From the IMG/VR virus record IMGVR_UViG_3300032333_000173, positions 1 to 35,348 of that record: a DNA stretch of 35,348 bases. The stretch is one strand, 5' to 3'. Under the pieces are notes generated by a model. The model was given only the letters and a program-made list of their open reading frames with translations, was not told the DNA's origin and made no database searches. Numbering within the stretch: the stretch's first letter is position 1; each line of letters opens with the position of its first letter. This document shows positions 1 to 7,755 of the stretch, one piece after another. The translations under genes were made by a program, and so were the position numbers. This DNA comes from a virus. Lineage: Duplodnaviria; Caudoviricetes.

Positions 1-123
1 CCATCGCCAAGCGTATCGCTTCCGGTTTTGGTTACATACAGTTGATCTGTAATAGCAGGAAATTGGACTCCATCACCGAATTCAAAACCATTGGTTGTAA
101 AAGTTGTGGCTCGTCCGCCTTTA
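1..123. repeat. Terminal direct repeat, left copy (circular-assembly overlap)
   Basis: 1-123 is identical to 35226-35348, and a reading frame runs uninterrupted through the join. Confidence 0.97.
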
Positions 124-140
124 GGCCAAAATGTTCCCAT
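1..140 (-). CDS. 5' part of junction-spanning tailspike/receptor-binding protein (continues at 35225 down to 33581; 594 aa total)
   Basis: ATG at 138-140 overlaps the TAA of the upstream gene (TAATG). It reads MGTFWPKGGRATTF...LYVTKTGSDTLGDG and continues in frame across the circular join. Confidence 0.88.
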   Translation of the reverse strand, partial: MGTFWPKGGRATTFTTNGFEFGDGVQFPAITDQLYVTKTGSDTLGD

Positions 141-1108
141 TATGACACCCTAACTGCCACATACTCCGTGGCTGAAAGCCCTACTACTTGTGGCGTGATT
201 GTCACGGCCAAGGCTGGACCTATTGCCATCGGCATAGTTCCGTTGGAACCGGGGAGAATCGTGGCAATTATTCCAGCCCCAGCGTTTATTTCAATTACAG
301 CTCCAGAATTGTTATCCCAACTAAGTTGAGTAGCGCCTAGAGCATCGGTTGTGAAAATAGTTGCAGAAGGAACAGTAACTGCCAAAACTCCAACAACGTA
401 GCCATTCAAAATAGTTGCGCTTGTAGCCACAGGAGCCGCAGCGGTTGCGATTCTTAAAGCTCCCGAGGTATCCACAGCCAATTCTCTATGAGTAGCTCCA
501 TCCCAACCAAGTATCACCCCGGCTGTGGCCTTTATAGCCGTCAATGCGCCTGTGGTAAGTTGAGCTGCCGCCAACGCGATTGCACTTAAAAAGTTAGTCC
601 CATCTGATTCTCTATTTGACACCGGAAGCGTTACCACTCCCTTGTCTGCTATTTCAACTCGTAAAGTCTGAGCGCCTACTGCTCCAGCGTTGAAACTTGC
701 CGCTCCAGTGGCATTGCCAATTTCAGAAGCTGTCCTTAGAGTCTGAGCTCCGACTACTCCATAGTTGTAATCAATAGGGCCTGTGCCATTAGATAGGTTT
801 GTGTTGATAGACCCGTCGGTATTGATAGCCAGAGTATCCGTGCCATCACCAATTCTCATCGAATCAAAGTTAGGCCCTAAGTCGGTTGTATGTATATTGA
901 TATCCCCTGCCGTTATATTGATCGGAGTTGATCCGACTGTGTAGATTTCGACAGGAATAGGATTAGCTGCCGATACAGCCGCATTCCCAATTCCAAGCAT
1001 TGCCGCCACTCGTTGAGTTGACGGAGTTGCCGGAACTCCATAGTTTGAATCTGTAAATGTAGTTGGTCCGGCTGTTACACTAATATTTGCGCCTGTGAGT
1101 TCTAACAT
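140..1108 (-). CDS. Virion structural protein (fibre/appendage-like), 322 aa
   Basis: Ala/Gly/Thr-rich with an internal repeat (GVVGAQTLR/GAVGAQTLR). GGAG SD. Lies in an operon with the tailspike. Confidence 0.65.
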   Translation of the reverse strand: MLELTGANISVTAGPTTFTDSNYGVPATPSTQRVAAMLGIGNAAVSAANPIPVEIYTVGSTPINITAGDINIHTTDLGPNFDSMRIGDGTDTLAINTDGSINTNLSNGTGPIDYNYGVVGAQTLRTASEIGNATGAASFNAGAVGAQTLRVEIADKGVVTLPVSNRESDGTNFLSAIALAAAQLTTGALTAIKATAGVILGWDGATHRELAVDTSGALRIATAAAPVATSATILNGYVVGVLAVTVPSATIFTTDALGATQLSWDNNSGAVIEINAGAGIIATILPGSNGTMPMAIGPALAVTITPQVVGLSATEYVAVRVS

Positions 1109-1119
1109 TTTTTAATCTC

Positions 1120-1434
1120 CTATTGAATCGTACTTCTAGACGCCGAGAATAAAATTCTATAAAGTGCAGACGCTCCAAAAACCAAATTTACAGCCTTCAT
1201 AAACCCAAGGCCATCGATCACTAACCGCTCTCCTGGCTTCAATGTGAATAAATCCCCAAAACTAGCCGTCACGCCGTCTGAGTTGTACGCGAATTGAACT
1301 TGAAATGAATTAGCTGCATCGTCGTTGATTATGAAACCGCCTTGAGCAGGAGAACCTAGATCTGTAAGGATGTCTATTTGTAAATCAGCTGCCAAAGTAC
1401 CTGAATAAGTTTTGTAACCAAAAGCTGCGCTCAT
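1120..1434 (-). CDS. Small beta-rich virion protein, 104 aa
   Basis: IIND...FTLKPGE-type pattern of small beta-sandwich virion proteins. First gene after a late-type promoter. Confidence 0.6.
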   Translation of the reverse strand: MSAAFGYKTYSGTLAADLQIDILTDLGSPAQGGFIINDDAANSFQVQFAYNSDGVTASFGDLFTLKPGERLVIDGLGFMKAVNLVFGASALYRILFSASRSTIQ

Positions 1435-1440
1435 GCAAAA

Positions 1441-1487
1441 ATTCTATACGAATGATTCCATGGCTTAAATTTAATTAAATATTTTAA
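1441..1487 (-). promoter_or_regulatory. Late-type promoter 1
   Basis: TTAAAAT-ATTTAATTAAAT (1469-1480), 22 nt, TAGAAT (1441-1446), 6 nt, ATG. Confidence 0.7.
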
Positions 1488-1672
1488 GACACGGAATCCA
1501 TTTTATCTCTAGCTTCTTTTTTCTTGTATAAAACTTCAACCCATCCATGTTTTTTAAAGTCTGCAATTGTAGGCTTAACGCCTATTTTAAATTGAGTTAG
1601 CCATTTTAAAGTGTAGTAAATTGCTACCAGATAAATTATCAAAAAGAATAATGCTGCGAAATACATGCTCAT
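1484..1672 (-). CDS. Small membrane protein, 62 aa
   Basis: N-terminal hydrophobic helix and basic tail. ATGA overlap with the upstream gene. Confidence 0.65.
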   Translation of the reverse strand: MSMYFAALFFLIIYLVAIYYTLKWLTQFKIGVKPTIADFKKHGWVEVLYKKKEARDKMDSVS

Positions 1673-2097
1673 AACTGCCTAGTAATCCCTAATACTCCAA
1701 CGTTTTTATTCTGATCGAGAACCACTTGAACAGGGGTTGAATAAACATCCACTGGCCCAAGAACTGAATTCTGCTGCACATCTTTCCATCCCCAAACATA
1801 ATAAGTGTTTGATGTTACGCTCTGAATCGAAAAATTAAGCGAGTATCTAGATGAACCTATTTTATATTGTTTTATATAACCGTTTTTAGTATTTGCGTCA
1901 TTATCCAAAATCACAAACATGTTTACGCTCACAGAAGCGTTCGCGGTTTGATCATCCAAAGTCCCTGATAATGTAAATTTATTTGATGAAGGCACTACAG
2001 TGCCGCTTGTGGCTTGCTGGACACTCCCAGAACAGCCAATCAGACAAACGAACATTAATCCAGTCGAATAAACTAAAAATTGTTTCATGTGAAACAT
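1669..2097 (-). CDS. Lipoprotein, possibly superinfection exclusion; start revised to 2097 (or 2088)
   Basis: Signal peptide ending in lipobox LIG-C, Ser/Thr linker, beta-rich domain with YYVWGWKD. TGG-TAAAAT lies 5 nt before ATG 2097. Confidence 0.7.
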   Translation of the reverse strand: MFHMKQFLVYSTGLMFVCLIGCSGSVQQATSGTVVPSSNKFTLSGTLDDQTANASVSVNMFVILDNDANTKNGYIKQYKIGSSRYSLNFSIQSVTSNTYYVWGWKDVQQNSVLGPVDVYSTPVQVVLDQNKNVGVLGITRQL

Positions 2098-2165
2098 ATT
2101 TAATTTTACCATATTTATACTCTCTATTCTCCCTTGATTTCGGCTCAAGGGTAAGCCGTTGAATC

Positions 2166-2519
2166 TTATGCGTAGTGACTTTCAAGCATCGGCGTTCCAT
2201 CCCATTTGCCTAAACCAAATTGCCCATTAATGGAAAACCTTCCAAATTTATTTAGTCTACATTGAATAAGATTAGAAAAAATTGTTTGAGTCTTGATTTC
2301 GTCTGTAGGCACTACAGTATTCGACATAAAACCAGACTCAGAAACAAACTTGCTTTTTACTGGTTGAATCCAAATGGTCTTTCCAGTCATTTTTACAATT
2401 TTAAAAAAATCAACGTTTGTCTGGTCATATCCCCATGAACTTTCCATAATGTCTCCAACTTTTATTTCCTCTGTCTCATAGTTGCTTTCTCCAAAAAAAC
2501 CATTCTTTGTTATTCTCAT
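2166..2519 (-). CDS. Conserved phage hypothetical protein (SWGYDQTNVDF motif), 117 aa; start revised
   Basis: Motif VGDI..SSWGYDQTNVDFF. ATG 2519 follows the conserved leader box, and the ORF-track extension to 2564 is the translated leader. Confidence 0.75.
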   Translation of the reverse strand: MRITKNGFFGESNYETEEIKVGDIMESSWGYDQTNVDFFKIVKMTGKTIWIQPVKSKFVSESGFMSNTVVPTDEIKTQTIFSNLIQCRLNKFGRFSINGQFGLGKWDGTPMLESHYA

Positions 2520-2598
2520 TTCATCGCTCTCTTTCTGATTTTTAAGAGTTTTCTCTCTGTTCATGAATTAATCATAGCATATATTCGAATATTGTCAA
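2520..2598 (-). promoter_or_regulatory. Early promoter-leader cassette, copy 1
   Basis: TTGACA (2593-2598), 16 nt, TATGAT (2571-2576). Leader hairpin AGAG-AGAAAA-CTCT (2545-2558), then TAAAAATCAGAAAGAG. Confidence 0.85.
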
Positions 2599-2630
2599 CA
2601 ATGTAAAAAATAATGTATCGATTGATTCTG

Positions 2631-2807
2631 TTAGAATCTTGGCCCGCCAGGTGCATATTCATGCGGTATAGACGGCCTAGATAGCTCGTATTTCATTACA
2701 AAGACCACCTCAAGCATCATAAAACACAGCATGATTGAAAGCCCTGTCAAAATGACCATCATGTATAAAATTATTGTTTTCAGCTGCTCTCTATTTGGTA
2801 ACTTCAT
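2631..2807 (-). CDS. Small single-TM protein, 58 aa (MKLPNREQLKTIILYMMVIL...; not in ORF track)
   Basis: GGGGAG SD, ATG 2807, TAA 2631-2633, one long hydrophobic stretch. Confidence 0.6.
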   Translation of the reverse strand: MKLPNREQLKTIILYMMVILTGLSIMLCFMMLEVVFVMKYELSRPSIPHEYAPGGPRF

Positions 2808-3096
2808 TTACTCCCCCATTTGTTCCCCCATTTACTCCCCCAATGGCATTTAACGCCTCTTGCTCCGTGCATCCTGATACGGCCATATAACACAAGACTT
2901 TGATCTTAACGTTTCCCGATCTTAATAATTTCTGAAAAGCTATGTATTCGCCTAACGTCAGATCATTATTCTTCCGAGTCATCAAATATCCTTCAATGCA
3001 GCAAGATAAAAGTGGAATCAACGAATCGCCTTTGATGCTGTTTTGCTCAGAAAGCCAAACAATTGTTTCTAAATAGTGAACAGATTTTTTATTCAT
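2791..3096 (-). CDS. Hypothetical protein; start revised to MNKKSVH
   Basis: AGGTGG SD before ATG 3096, which overlaps the end of the upstream small ORF. Confidence 0.55.
   Translation of the reverse strand: MNKKSVHYLETIVWLSEQNSIKGDSLIPLLSCCIEGYLMTRKNNDLTLGEYIAFQKLLRSGNVKIKVLCYMAVSGCTEQEALNAIGGVNGGTNGGVNEVTK
2805..2842 (-). repeat. 12-bp tandem repeat x3 (GGGGAGTAAATG / GGGGAACAAATG)
   Basis: Read directly. Each unit is an SD plus ATG. Confidence 0.8.
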
Positions 3097-3223
3097 ACAT
3101 AACCACCTGAAAAGCTCTAGCTGGATGAAATTGTTGAAGCGCATACAGATTTAGATCGACCATCTCAGCTGCTTGAAATGTTATCCATTCCTGGCCTAGA
3201 TCATCTATTATTTTGTATTTCAT
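3089..3223 (-). CDS. Hypothetical protein, 44 aa (MKYKIIDDLGQEW...)
   Basis: ATGA coupling to 3220..3459; fills the gap. Confidence 0.55.
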   Translation of the reverse strand: MKYKIIDDLGQEWITFQAAEMVDLNLYALQQFHPARAFQVVMYE

Positions 3224-3459
3224 GCTGCCACATCCTTAATCTTAATGCCATTTTTATCGCACAAATACCAGTCTGCATTCATTGAGAAGACAGTAAAAGG
3301 TATAAGCGATTTGTAGTTTCTCTGTCTGCCCATAAACGAATCGGAAGTCTTTGGAATGTGTTCAATCTCTACATGCGCCTTAAAGCTTATAAAATCCATG
3401 TTTTTAGTTTTTATCATGTCTCCCACTTTAAATGCCGAACGAAATTCTTGAGCGTTCAT
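3220..3459 (-). CDS. Hypothetical protein, 79 aa
   Basis: ATGA coupling. FKVGD motif of small SH3/KOW-like phage proteins. Confidence 0.7.
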   Translation of the reverse strand: MNAQEFRSAFKVGDMIKTKNMDFISFKAHVEIEHIPKTSDSFMGRQRNYKSLIPFTVFSMNADWYLCDKNGIKIKDVAA

Positions 3460-3674
3460 TCATAAAACCCCGTCTTTCTTCTTAACATATTTAGAATATT
3501 TTCGATTGATTCTCTTTGTTTTGGCGTTAATGGAATATATTCATCCGATGCAAAGTTATTTTTTTCGTAAATTTCCATTAAAAACGAATCATCGAACCAA
3601 TCAACTACGTCCTCATGGCCAGCCAATTCAATGCATTCATCAATCATAATCTTGTCGTGATTCACACTACTCAC
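3456..3674 (-). CDS. Hypothetical protein, 72 aa
   Basis: Coupled ORF, acidic, LTPKQ motif. Confidence 0.7.
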   Translation of the reverse strand: MSSVNHDKIMIDECIELAGHEDVVDWFDDSFLMEIYEKNNFASDEYIPLTPKQRESIENILNMLRRKTGFYE

Positions 3675-3837
3675 CCGCCTCTATATATTTTGAAACAATA
3701 GTTACAATATCTGTTCTGGCTCTCCCATAATCAGCTAGCTTTCTAGGCATTATGCGTTCATATTCACTAAAAACAAGATGCCTCAACTCATTAACCATTT
3801 CACGGTATAAATGCTCCTTAAGTTTTGGCTTGCCCAT
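3667..3837 (-). CDS. Hypothetical protein, 56 aa; start revised to MGKPKLKEH
   Basis: GGAGGTG SD before ATG 3837. KEHLYREMVNELR pattern. Confidence 0.6.
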   Translation of the reverse strand: MGKPKLKEHLYREMVNELRHLVFSEYERIMPRKLADYGRARTDIVTIVSKYIEAGE

Positions 3838-3973
3838 TCCGCACCTCCCAATTAGTTCCGCTGCATTCTTTGCAAACTTGAAAACCATAACATGCAGCAT
3901 CACTTTCTGATATTGTTAGCAGCCCAACATCAACAGCCTTACAACATGAATTACACCAATAAAAACTACTCAT
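3818..3973 (-). CDS. Small zinc-finger protein, 51 aa (not in ORF track)
   Basis: MSSFYWCNSC...VCKECSG has two CxxC pairs. GAGGTG SD. Confidence 0.6.
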   Translation of the reverse strand: MSSFYWCNSCCKAVDVGLLTISESDAACYGFQVCKECSGTNWEVRNGQAKT

Positions 3974-4235
3974 TGATCACCTCAACAAAATGAGAATCGA
4001 TCCATGCTTGGCGGCCAGGCTCACCAGTTGCTTGAAAATTAATGGAGTTATATTCAAGAGCGACGCAAGGAATTGATATCGAGTTATCTACGAATCCTGA
4101 ATATAGCTCTACCTCCACTGGCTTCTTTGTTATCTGTGGGAATGCCCGGACAATACAATGGGCAATTTCAGGTATTGTGGCAATTTCCTTGCTTTTTGTA
4201 ATTATTTCGCAAATTATTCGCTCTTGTTCAGTCAT
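3966..4235 (-). CDS. Hypothetical protein, 89 aa (AFPQI paralogue)
   Basis: GAGG SD and ATGA coupling. Shares an N-terminal module with 4232..4486. Confidence 0.7.
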   Translation of the reverse strand: MTEQERIICEIITKSKEIATIPEIAHCIVRAFPQITKKPVEVELYSGFVDNSISIPCVALEYNSINFQATGEPGRQAWIDSHFVEVINE

Positions 4236-4486
4236 GACTTTACCTCTCGAATGAATACCTGAATATGCTTCTTTTGCTCGCTCATTGAGTATAGATGTCC
4301 CCCAAAGTCATTTAATGTTTCTGCATTTGGGATGCCATCAAAAGCATTATCCGCTAGGATTTGTGGGAATGCTTTTATAATTGCATTGAACGTATCTTCT
4401 TCATCAATTTTATATCCGCCATAGCCATCTTTTATATATTGAGCGTCTTTCAAAAGATCCATAAGCTTTTTTTCTTTGTCAGTCAT
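4232..4486 (-). CDS. Hypothetical protein, 84 aa (AFPQI paralogue)
   Basis: ATG directly follows the upstream stop. IIKAFPQI. Confidence 0.7.
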   Translation of the reverse strand: MTDKEKKLMDLLKDAQYIKDGYGGYKIDEEDTFNAIIKAFPQILADNAFDGIPNAETLNDFGGHLYSMSEQKKHIQVFIREVKS

Positions 4487-4612
4487 TTAAAGCCATCCAA
4501 TCTTTTTCTTGTATCCGTTTCGCATAGAGAAAGGAAAATTTCTCCACTGGATATAGAAACCTTTGCCGAAAAATCTAATCCAAAACATATCTTTATTTAA
4601 GAAAAAATTCAT
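4487..4612 (-). CDS. Small aromatic/basic protein, 41 aa (MNFFLNKDMFWIRFFGKG...FSMRNGYKK)
   Basis: ATGA coupling, GGAG SD, and it exactly fills the gap. Confidence 0.6.
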   Translation of the reverse strand: MNFFLNKDMFWIRFFGKGFYIQWRNFPFSMRNGYKKKIGWL

Positions 4613-4824
4613 GATTTCTTCTCCAATTCTTTTATAAGCGCATCGGCAGCTATCGAACTGCTTTTAGCGCAATCCTGAATATTATTATTAAAATTTGGAT
4701 TAGAAATAATCCCCTGCATCGCCATTGCTGCGAAATATTCCCGTTTGGTTAGGCCTTCATAAGAGAATACATTTCCTATCCACTCTTCAAATATTGGATA
4801 AACAGGATCGTTTGCTATACTCAT
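4609..4824 (-). CDS. Conserved phage protein with GLTKREYFAAMAMQG motif, 71 aa
   Basis: Widespread phage motif G[LM]T.R[ED]YFAA.AMQG...ADA[LM]. AAGGTG SD. Confidence 0.85.
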   Translation of the reverse strand: MSIANDPVYPIFEEWIGNVFSYEGLTKREYFAAMAMQGIISNPNFNNNIQDCAKSSSIAADALIKELEKKS

Positions 4825-4905
4825 TTCATCACCTTCTTTTTCTTCAAATCATTCAATAGCCAATACCTGACGGGATATTTTTCAACCATCCATATAAAAA
4901 AATAT

Positions 4906-5193
4906 TTAAAATAATCTCTCATTGCCCACCACTTTCAGATTGTATTTTTTGCAGAATTCTAAAGCTTTTTCTACTGAGTCAAAACATGAAGTTCCCCTTA
5001 AAAAAACATCTACATTTTTGTGATCCCAAATATGCATCTCAACATCCAACTGCTCAGGCTCGAATTGTTTGAGTGATTCGAGAATCGCTTTTGAATAGTA
5101 TTCGTCGTCTATATCGTAATCATTTTCAAACAAAGGCTTGATTGCCTTTCTTATCGCCTCAATCTTTTGCTCTTCAATTGTTTTCATTGCCAA
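4906..5193 (-). CDS. Hypothetical protein, 95 aa
   Basis: AAGGA SD; fits the gene tiling. Confidence 0.7.
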   Translation of the reverse strand: MAMKTIEEQKIEAIRKAIKPLFENDYDIDDEYYSKAILESLKQFEPEQLDVEMHIWDHKNVDVFLRGTSCFDSVEKALEFCKKYNLKVVGNERLF

Positions 5194-5455
5194 TGATCCT
5201 TTCTGTCACGATATCAATAAATTTTTGCGTTAATTCGACATTCTCATTCCTATAAACCGGCACAATGTCAAAATAAGAATCATTTTTTGAAGAGTAAAAA
5301 GCTGAGCAATTGATAGAATGTATCGGGATTTTTAAAACCCTAACACCAAACAATTCATCTAGCTCACTGGCATTTGTAGTAAGAAAAAAAACAGGGTTAA
5401 CACCACCGCATTCTCGTAATCCTAAAGCAATCAATTCTTTTTTTAATGAGTCCAT
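5174..5455 (-). CDS. Hypothetical protein, 93 aa
   Basis: AAGGA SD; fits the gene tiling. Confidence 0.65.
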   Translation of the reverse strand: MDSLKKELIALGLRECGGVNPVFFLTTNASELDELFGVRVLKIPIHSINCSAFYSSKNDSYFDIVPVYRNENVELTQKFIDIVTERIIGNENN

Positions 5456-5460
5456 TTTAT

Positions 5461-5604
5461 TTATCCTTCCTCAAATTCCTGTTCAATATCGTCAAAGTGA
5501 GTCCGTAAAAATCTTGGCGTTCTATTATAATTTTTTAGCATATCGCTTATCTTAGCCACTAACTCATCCTCATCCATTTGCTTTTGATCCATTCCGTCGT
5601 CCAT
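5461..5604 (-). CDS. Small acidic protein, 47 aa (MDDGMDQKQMDEDEL...)
   Basis: AAAGGA SD; fills the gap. Confidence 0.55.
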   Translation of the reverse strand: MDDGMDQKQMDEDELVAKISDMLKNYNRTPRFLRTHFDDIEQEFEEG

Positions 5605-5620
5605 ATTAATTCCTTTTTAA

Positions 5621-5645
5621 ATGTGGAGCCGTTATGACTCCACAT
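5621..5645 (-). terminator. Hairpin after the Tad1-like gene (terminator or stabilising stem)
   Basis: ATGTGGAGTC-ATAAC-GGCTCCACAT with only a short T run after it. Confidence 0.55.
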
Positions 5646-5649
5646 AAAA

Positions 5650-5961
5650 TCAATTTCCTTGATGCGTGCCTTCTGTCCCTTCGGCAGTCCGACGGGATGT
5701 TCTAGCGTTCATCCAATGCAAAGCCTCTTCAAGCTTTGTAATTGCCAAAGCATTCTCTCTGCATTTGAATTTTGATGCCTGGTAGTACTCCATCCGCTTG
5801 ATTGCAGCCTGAATCAAGTCCTCAACAAACGCCCCATTGCGTTCCTTGCGTACCCCGTCAACAGCCAGCGGTCCATTCTGCCAGCTGACATCGATTCCGA
5901 TTCCTTTAACGGTTCCACCAGCTGGATTACCTGCTTCATCATTTGTATTCTCAAATTCCAT
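5650..5961 (-). CDS. tad1: Tad1-family anti-defence nucleotide sponge, 103 aa
   Basis: WQNGP...NGAFVEDLI...RMEYYQASKFKCRENALAITKLEEALHWMNARTSRR...EGT matches the Tad1 signature as I recall it (FQKG...[44 protein letters not shown]...LGT). Confidence 0.85.
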   Translation of the reverse strand: MEFENTNDEAGNPAGGTVKGIGIDVSWQNGPLAVDGVRKERNGAFVEDLIQAAIKRMEYYQASKFKCRENALAITKLEEALHWMNARTSRRTAEGTEGTHQGN

Positions 5962-6015
5962 GTTTATTCACCTCCCCTCTTTTATTTATTCGAACCCTTC
6001 CTTCATCCATTGTTT

Positions 6016-6177
6016 TTACTCCTTTATTTCCTTAAACCATTCGGGATAGTGTTTTGTTCTCAAAAATACCCAGTCATGTTGCTGATCTTCATTTATGCAA
6101 ATGCATTCGTTTTCCTCCTCAAAAACTTTTCCAGCCTTAGCCCATGGCAAATCCTTTAACAGTTTAAATTTTCTCAT
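6016..6177 (-). CDS. Small phage protein, 53 aa ([16 protein letters not shown]...PEWFKEI)
   Basis: GGAGG SD, ATGA coupling, common KLLKDLP..KAG motif. Confidence 0.65.
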   Translation of the reverse strand: MRKFKLLKDLPWAKAGKVFEEENECICINEDQQHDWVFLRTKHYPEWFKEIKE

Positions 6178-6764
6178 TTCAAGCCCTCCAAATAATTTAT
6201 AAAACCGATATATTCTCTATAAAATTTACTTGCAGAGTCTGGATAAGATCCCAAAACTTTAATCTTAAACTCATTAAGAGTCCCCCTAAAGCAGCCGCAA
6301 ATAATAATATCGTCATTAAAACAATATGTAGTCATGCCTTTGCGTGAACCAACGCACGCAATTTGAATGTATCTTTTATCAGTTTTGGCATAGCTGAGAT
6401 CGGCATAGCTGAGATCGGCATAGCTGAGATCGGCATAGCTGAGATTGGCAGAGCTGAGATCGGCATAGCTGAGATCGGCAGAGCGGAGATTGGCATAGCT
6501 GAGATCGGCATAGCTGAGATCGGCATAGCTGAGATCGGCAGAGCGGAGATTGGCATAGCTGAGATTGGCAGAGCGGAGATTGGCAGAGCTGAGATCGGCA
6601 GAGCGGAGATTGGCATAGCTGAGATCGGCAGAGCGGAGATTGGCAGAGCTGAGATCGGCAGAGCTGAGATCGGCAGAGCTGAGATCGGCTTTTATGCCTA
6701 TTTCGATGTTAAATAGCCATTTTCTATGCAGCTCTAAAATTTCATTTAATTTGTCTTTTTCCAT
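6174..6764 (-). CDS. Pentapeptide-repeat protein, 196 aa
   Basis: 20 x A[DN]L[SR][SY] between the typical N-terminus ([10 protein letters not shown]) and C-terminal domain (GSR...TTY...[10 protein letters not shown]). Confidence 0.92.
   Translation of the reverse strand: MEKDKLNEILELHRKWLFNIEIGIKADLSSADLSSADLSSANLRSADLSYANLRSADLSSANLRSANLSYANLRSADLSYADLSYADLSYANLRSADLSYADLSSANLSYADLSYADLSYADLSYAKTDKRYIQIACVGSRKGMTTYCFNDDIIICGCFRGTLNEFKIKVLGSYPDSASKFYREYIGFINYLEGLK
6390..6689 (-). repeat. 15-bp tandem repeat x20 (GCC RAT CTC MGC TMT)
   Basis: Read directly; encodes the pentapeptide repeats. Confidence 0.95.
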
Positions 6765-7051
6765 TTCCTCAATTTCCTTTCTCCAACACCCGCATAGATC
6801 AATACTTTTCTTGATTGCCTTGATCGTTCAGCTGCAATCTTGCTAATTCGTTTCTTTCTTGCTGGCACTTGGGCAAGATCTTTAGCCATGTAGTCTTTGA
6901 TGTAAAAGATACAGGCTTGCAAACAATCGCCCTTCCTTTGAACATCTGACTCCAAAAGCTTCTCAACTAAATCGTAGAGTCGTCCCCTGACAACCTCGGC
7001 GGATGATGAATTGCTAGTCACTTTCTTGATCCTTCCGTAGCCCAGATCCAC
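6746..7051 (-). CDS. Basic hypothetical protein, 101 aa
   Basis: Fits the gene tiling. Arg/Lys-rich C-terminal half. Confidence 0.6.
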   Translation of the reverse strand: MDLGYGRIKKVTSNSSSAEVVRGRLYDLVEKLLESDVQRKGDCLQACIFYIKDYMAKDLAQVPARKKRISKIAAERSRQSRKVLIYAGVGERKLRKWKKTN

Positions 7052-7422
7052 GCCTCTAAATCGTCTGAGCCATGCAAAATCATGTAGGCTTTCATCTGGA
7101 TGACCACCTTTGGATATCGCTTCAATGCCTCCAAAGCGTGCTTGTCCTCGTCATTCAGAGTCAAGTGATCTCTGAAATTAAAAACACTGTCCATCGTGGC
7201 ATGTAAAAGAAACTGTTTGTGTTTGGCATGTTTTAGATTTTCGTCTGCTACTAGCCATTTCATTGCTTCGAGGTATGAACGTCCCATATCATGATGAAAA
7301 TCATAAGAGAATATTTTTGTATTCACAAAATCACCCCTAACAAAAAACCTAAGATAGCTGCTAAAACTGCGATGTGTTTCATTCTGAAATCCCAACGTCT
7401 GTAAAAGTTTCTGTTTCTCCAT
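7018..7422 (-). CDS. Hypothetical protein, 134 aa
   Basis: Fits the gene tiling; no motif recognised. Confidence 0.65.
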   Translation of the reverse strand: MEKQKLLQTLGFQNETHRSFSSYLRFFVRGDFVNTKIFSYDFHHDMGRSYLEAMKWLVADENLKHAKHKQFLLHATMDSVFNFRDHLTLNDEDKHALEALKRYPKVVIQMKAYMILHGSDDLEAWIWATEGSRK

Positions 7423-7455
7423 TCAATTGATCCACAAAAAACCCCGTTTAAAATC

Positions 7456-7755
7456 TCAATTCTCATTATCAATCATCTCCTCTGCATATTTTTGTCTCAA
7501 AAATTTAGAATCTAAGATGCGCTTTTTTCCAGCGTCAGTATCTGACCATGTATCAGCCAAACTGAGTTTTTGTTCTTCTGTTAAAACATCAAACGCCTCG
7601 CCCATCGCCTCGATCTGTTTGTGGTTTGCATCGATCCAAAAATCAATCAAAAGGTCATAAGTAGAAATGAATTCGTATCGATCCACATGAGTTAACTCGT
7701 ATTCCCATGCATCTTCTAATTCTTGTAGTCTGTTTTCATACGCATCTTGCTTCAT
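7456..7755 (-). CDS. Acidic early protein, 99 aa
   Basis: First gene after early cassette 2. GAGGGTG SD. Confidence 0.75.
   Translation of the reverse strand: MKQDAYENRLQELEDAWEYELTHVDRYEFISTYDLLIDFWIDANHKQIEAMGEAFDVLTEEQKLSLADTWSDTDAGKKRILDSKFLRQKYAEEMIDNEN

Noticed and set aside
1-123. Physical terminal repeat of the virion DNA
   Set aside because: An exact repeat in the middle of a gene is typical of assembler overlap; the packaging mode cannot be inferred from it.
2098-3903. ORF-track starts at 2148, 2564, 3144 and 3903
   Set aside because: They extend into promoters, leaders or upstream small genes; downstream starts have an SD or a -10 at the right distance.
6390-6689. CRISPR array or DGR variable region (each variable site has A as one allele)
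   Set aside because: No spacers, the repeat is coding, and there is no reverse transcriptase or template/variable repeat pair in the genome.
6332-6846. MPISA and AEIGR repeat ORFs
   Set aside because: Alternative frames of the stop-free 15-bp repeat.
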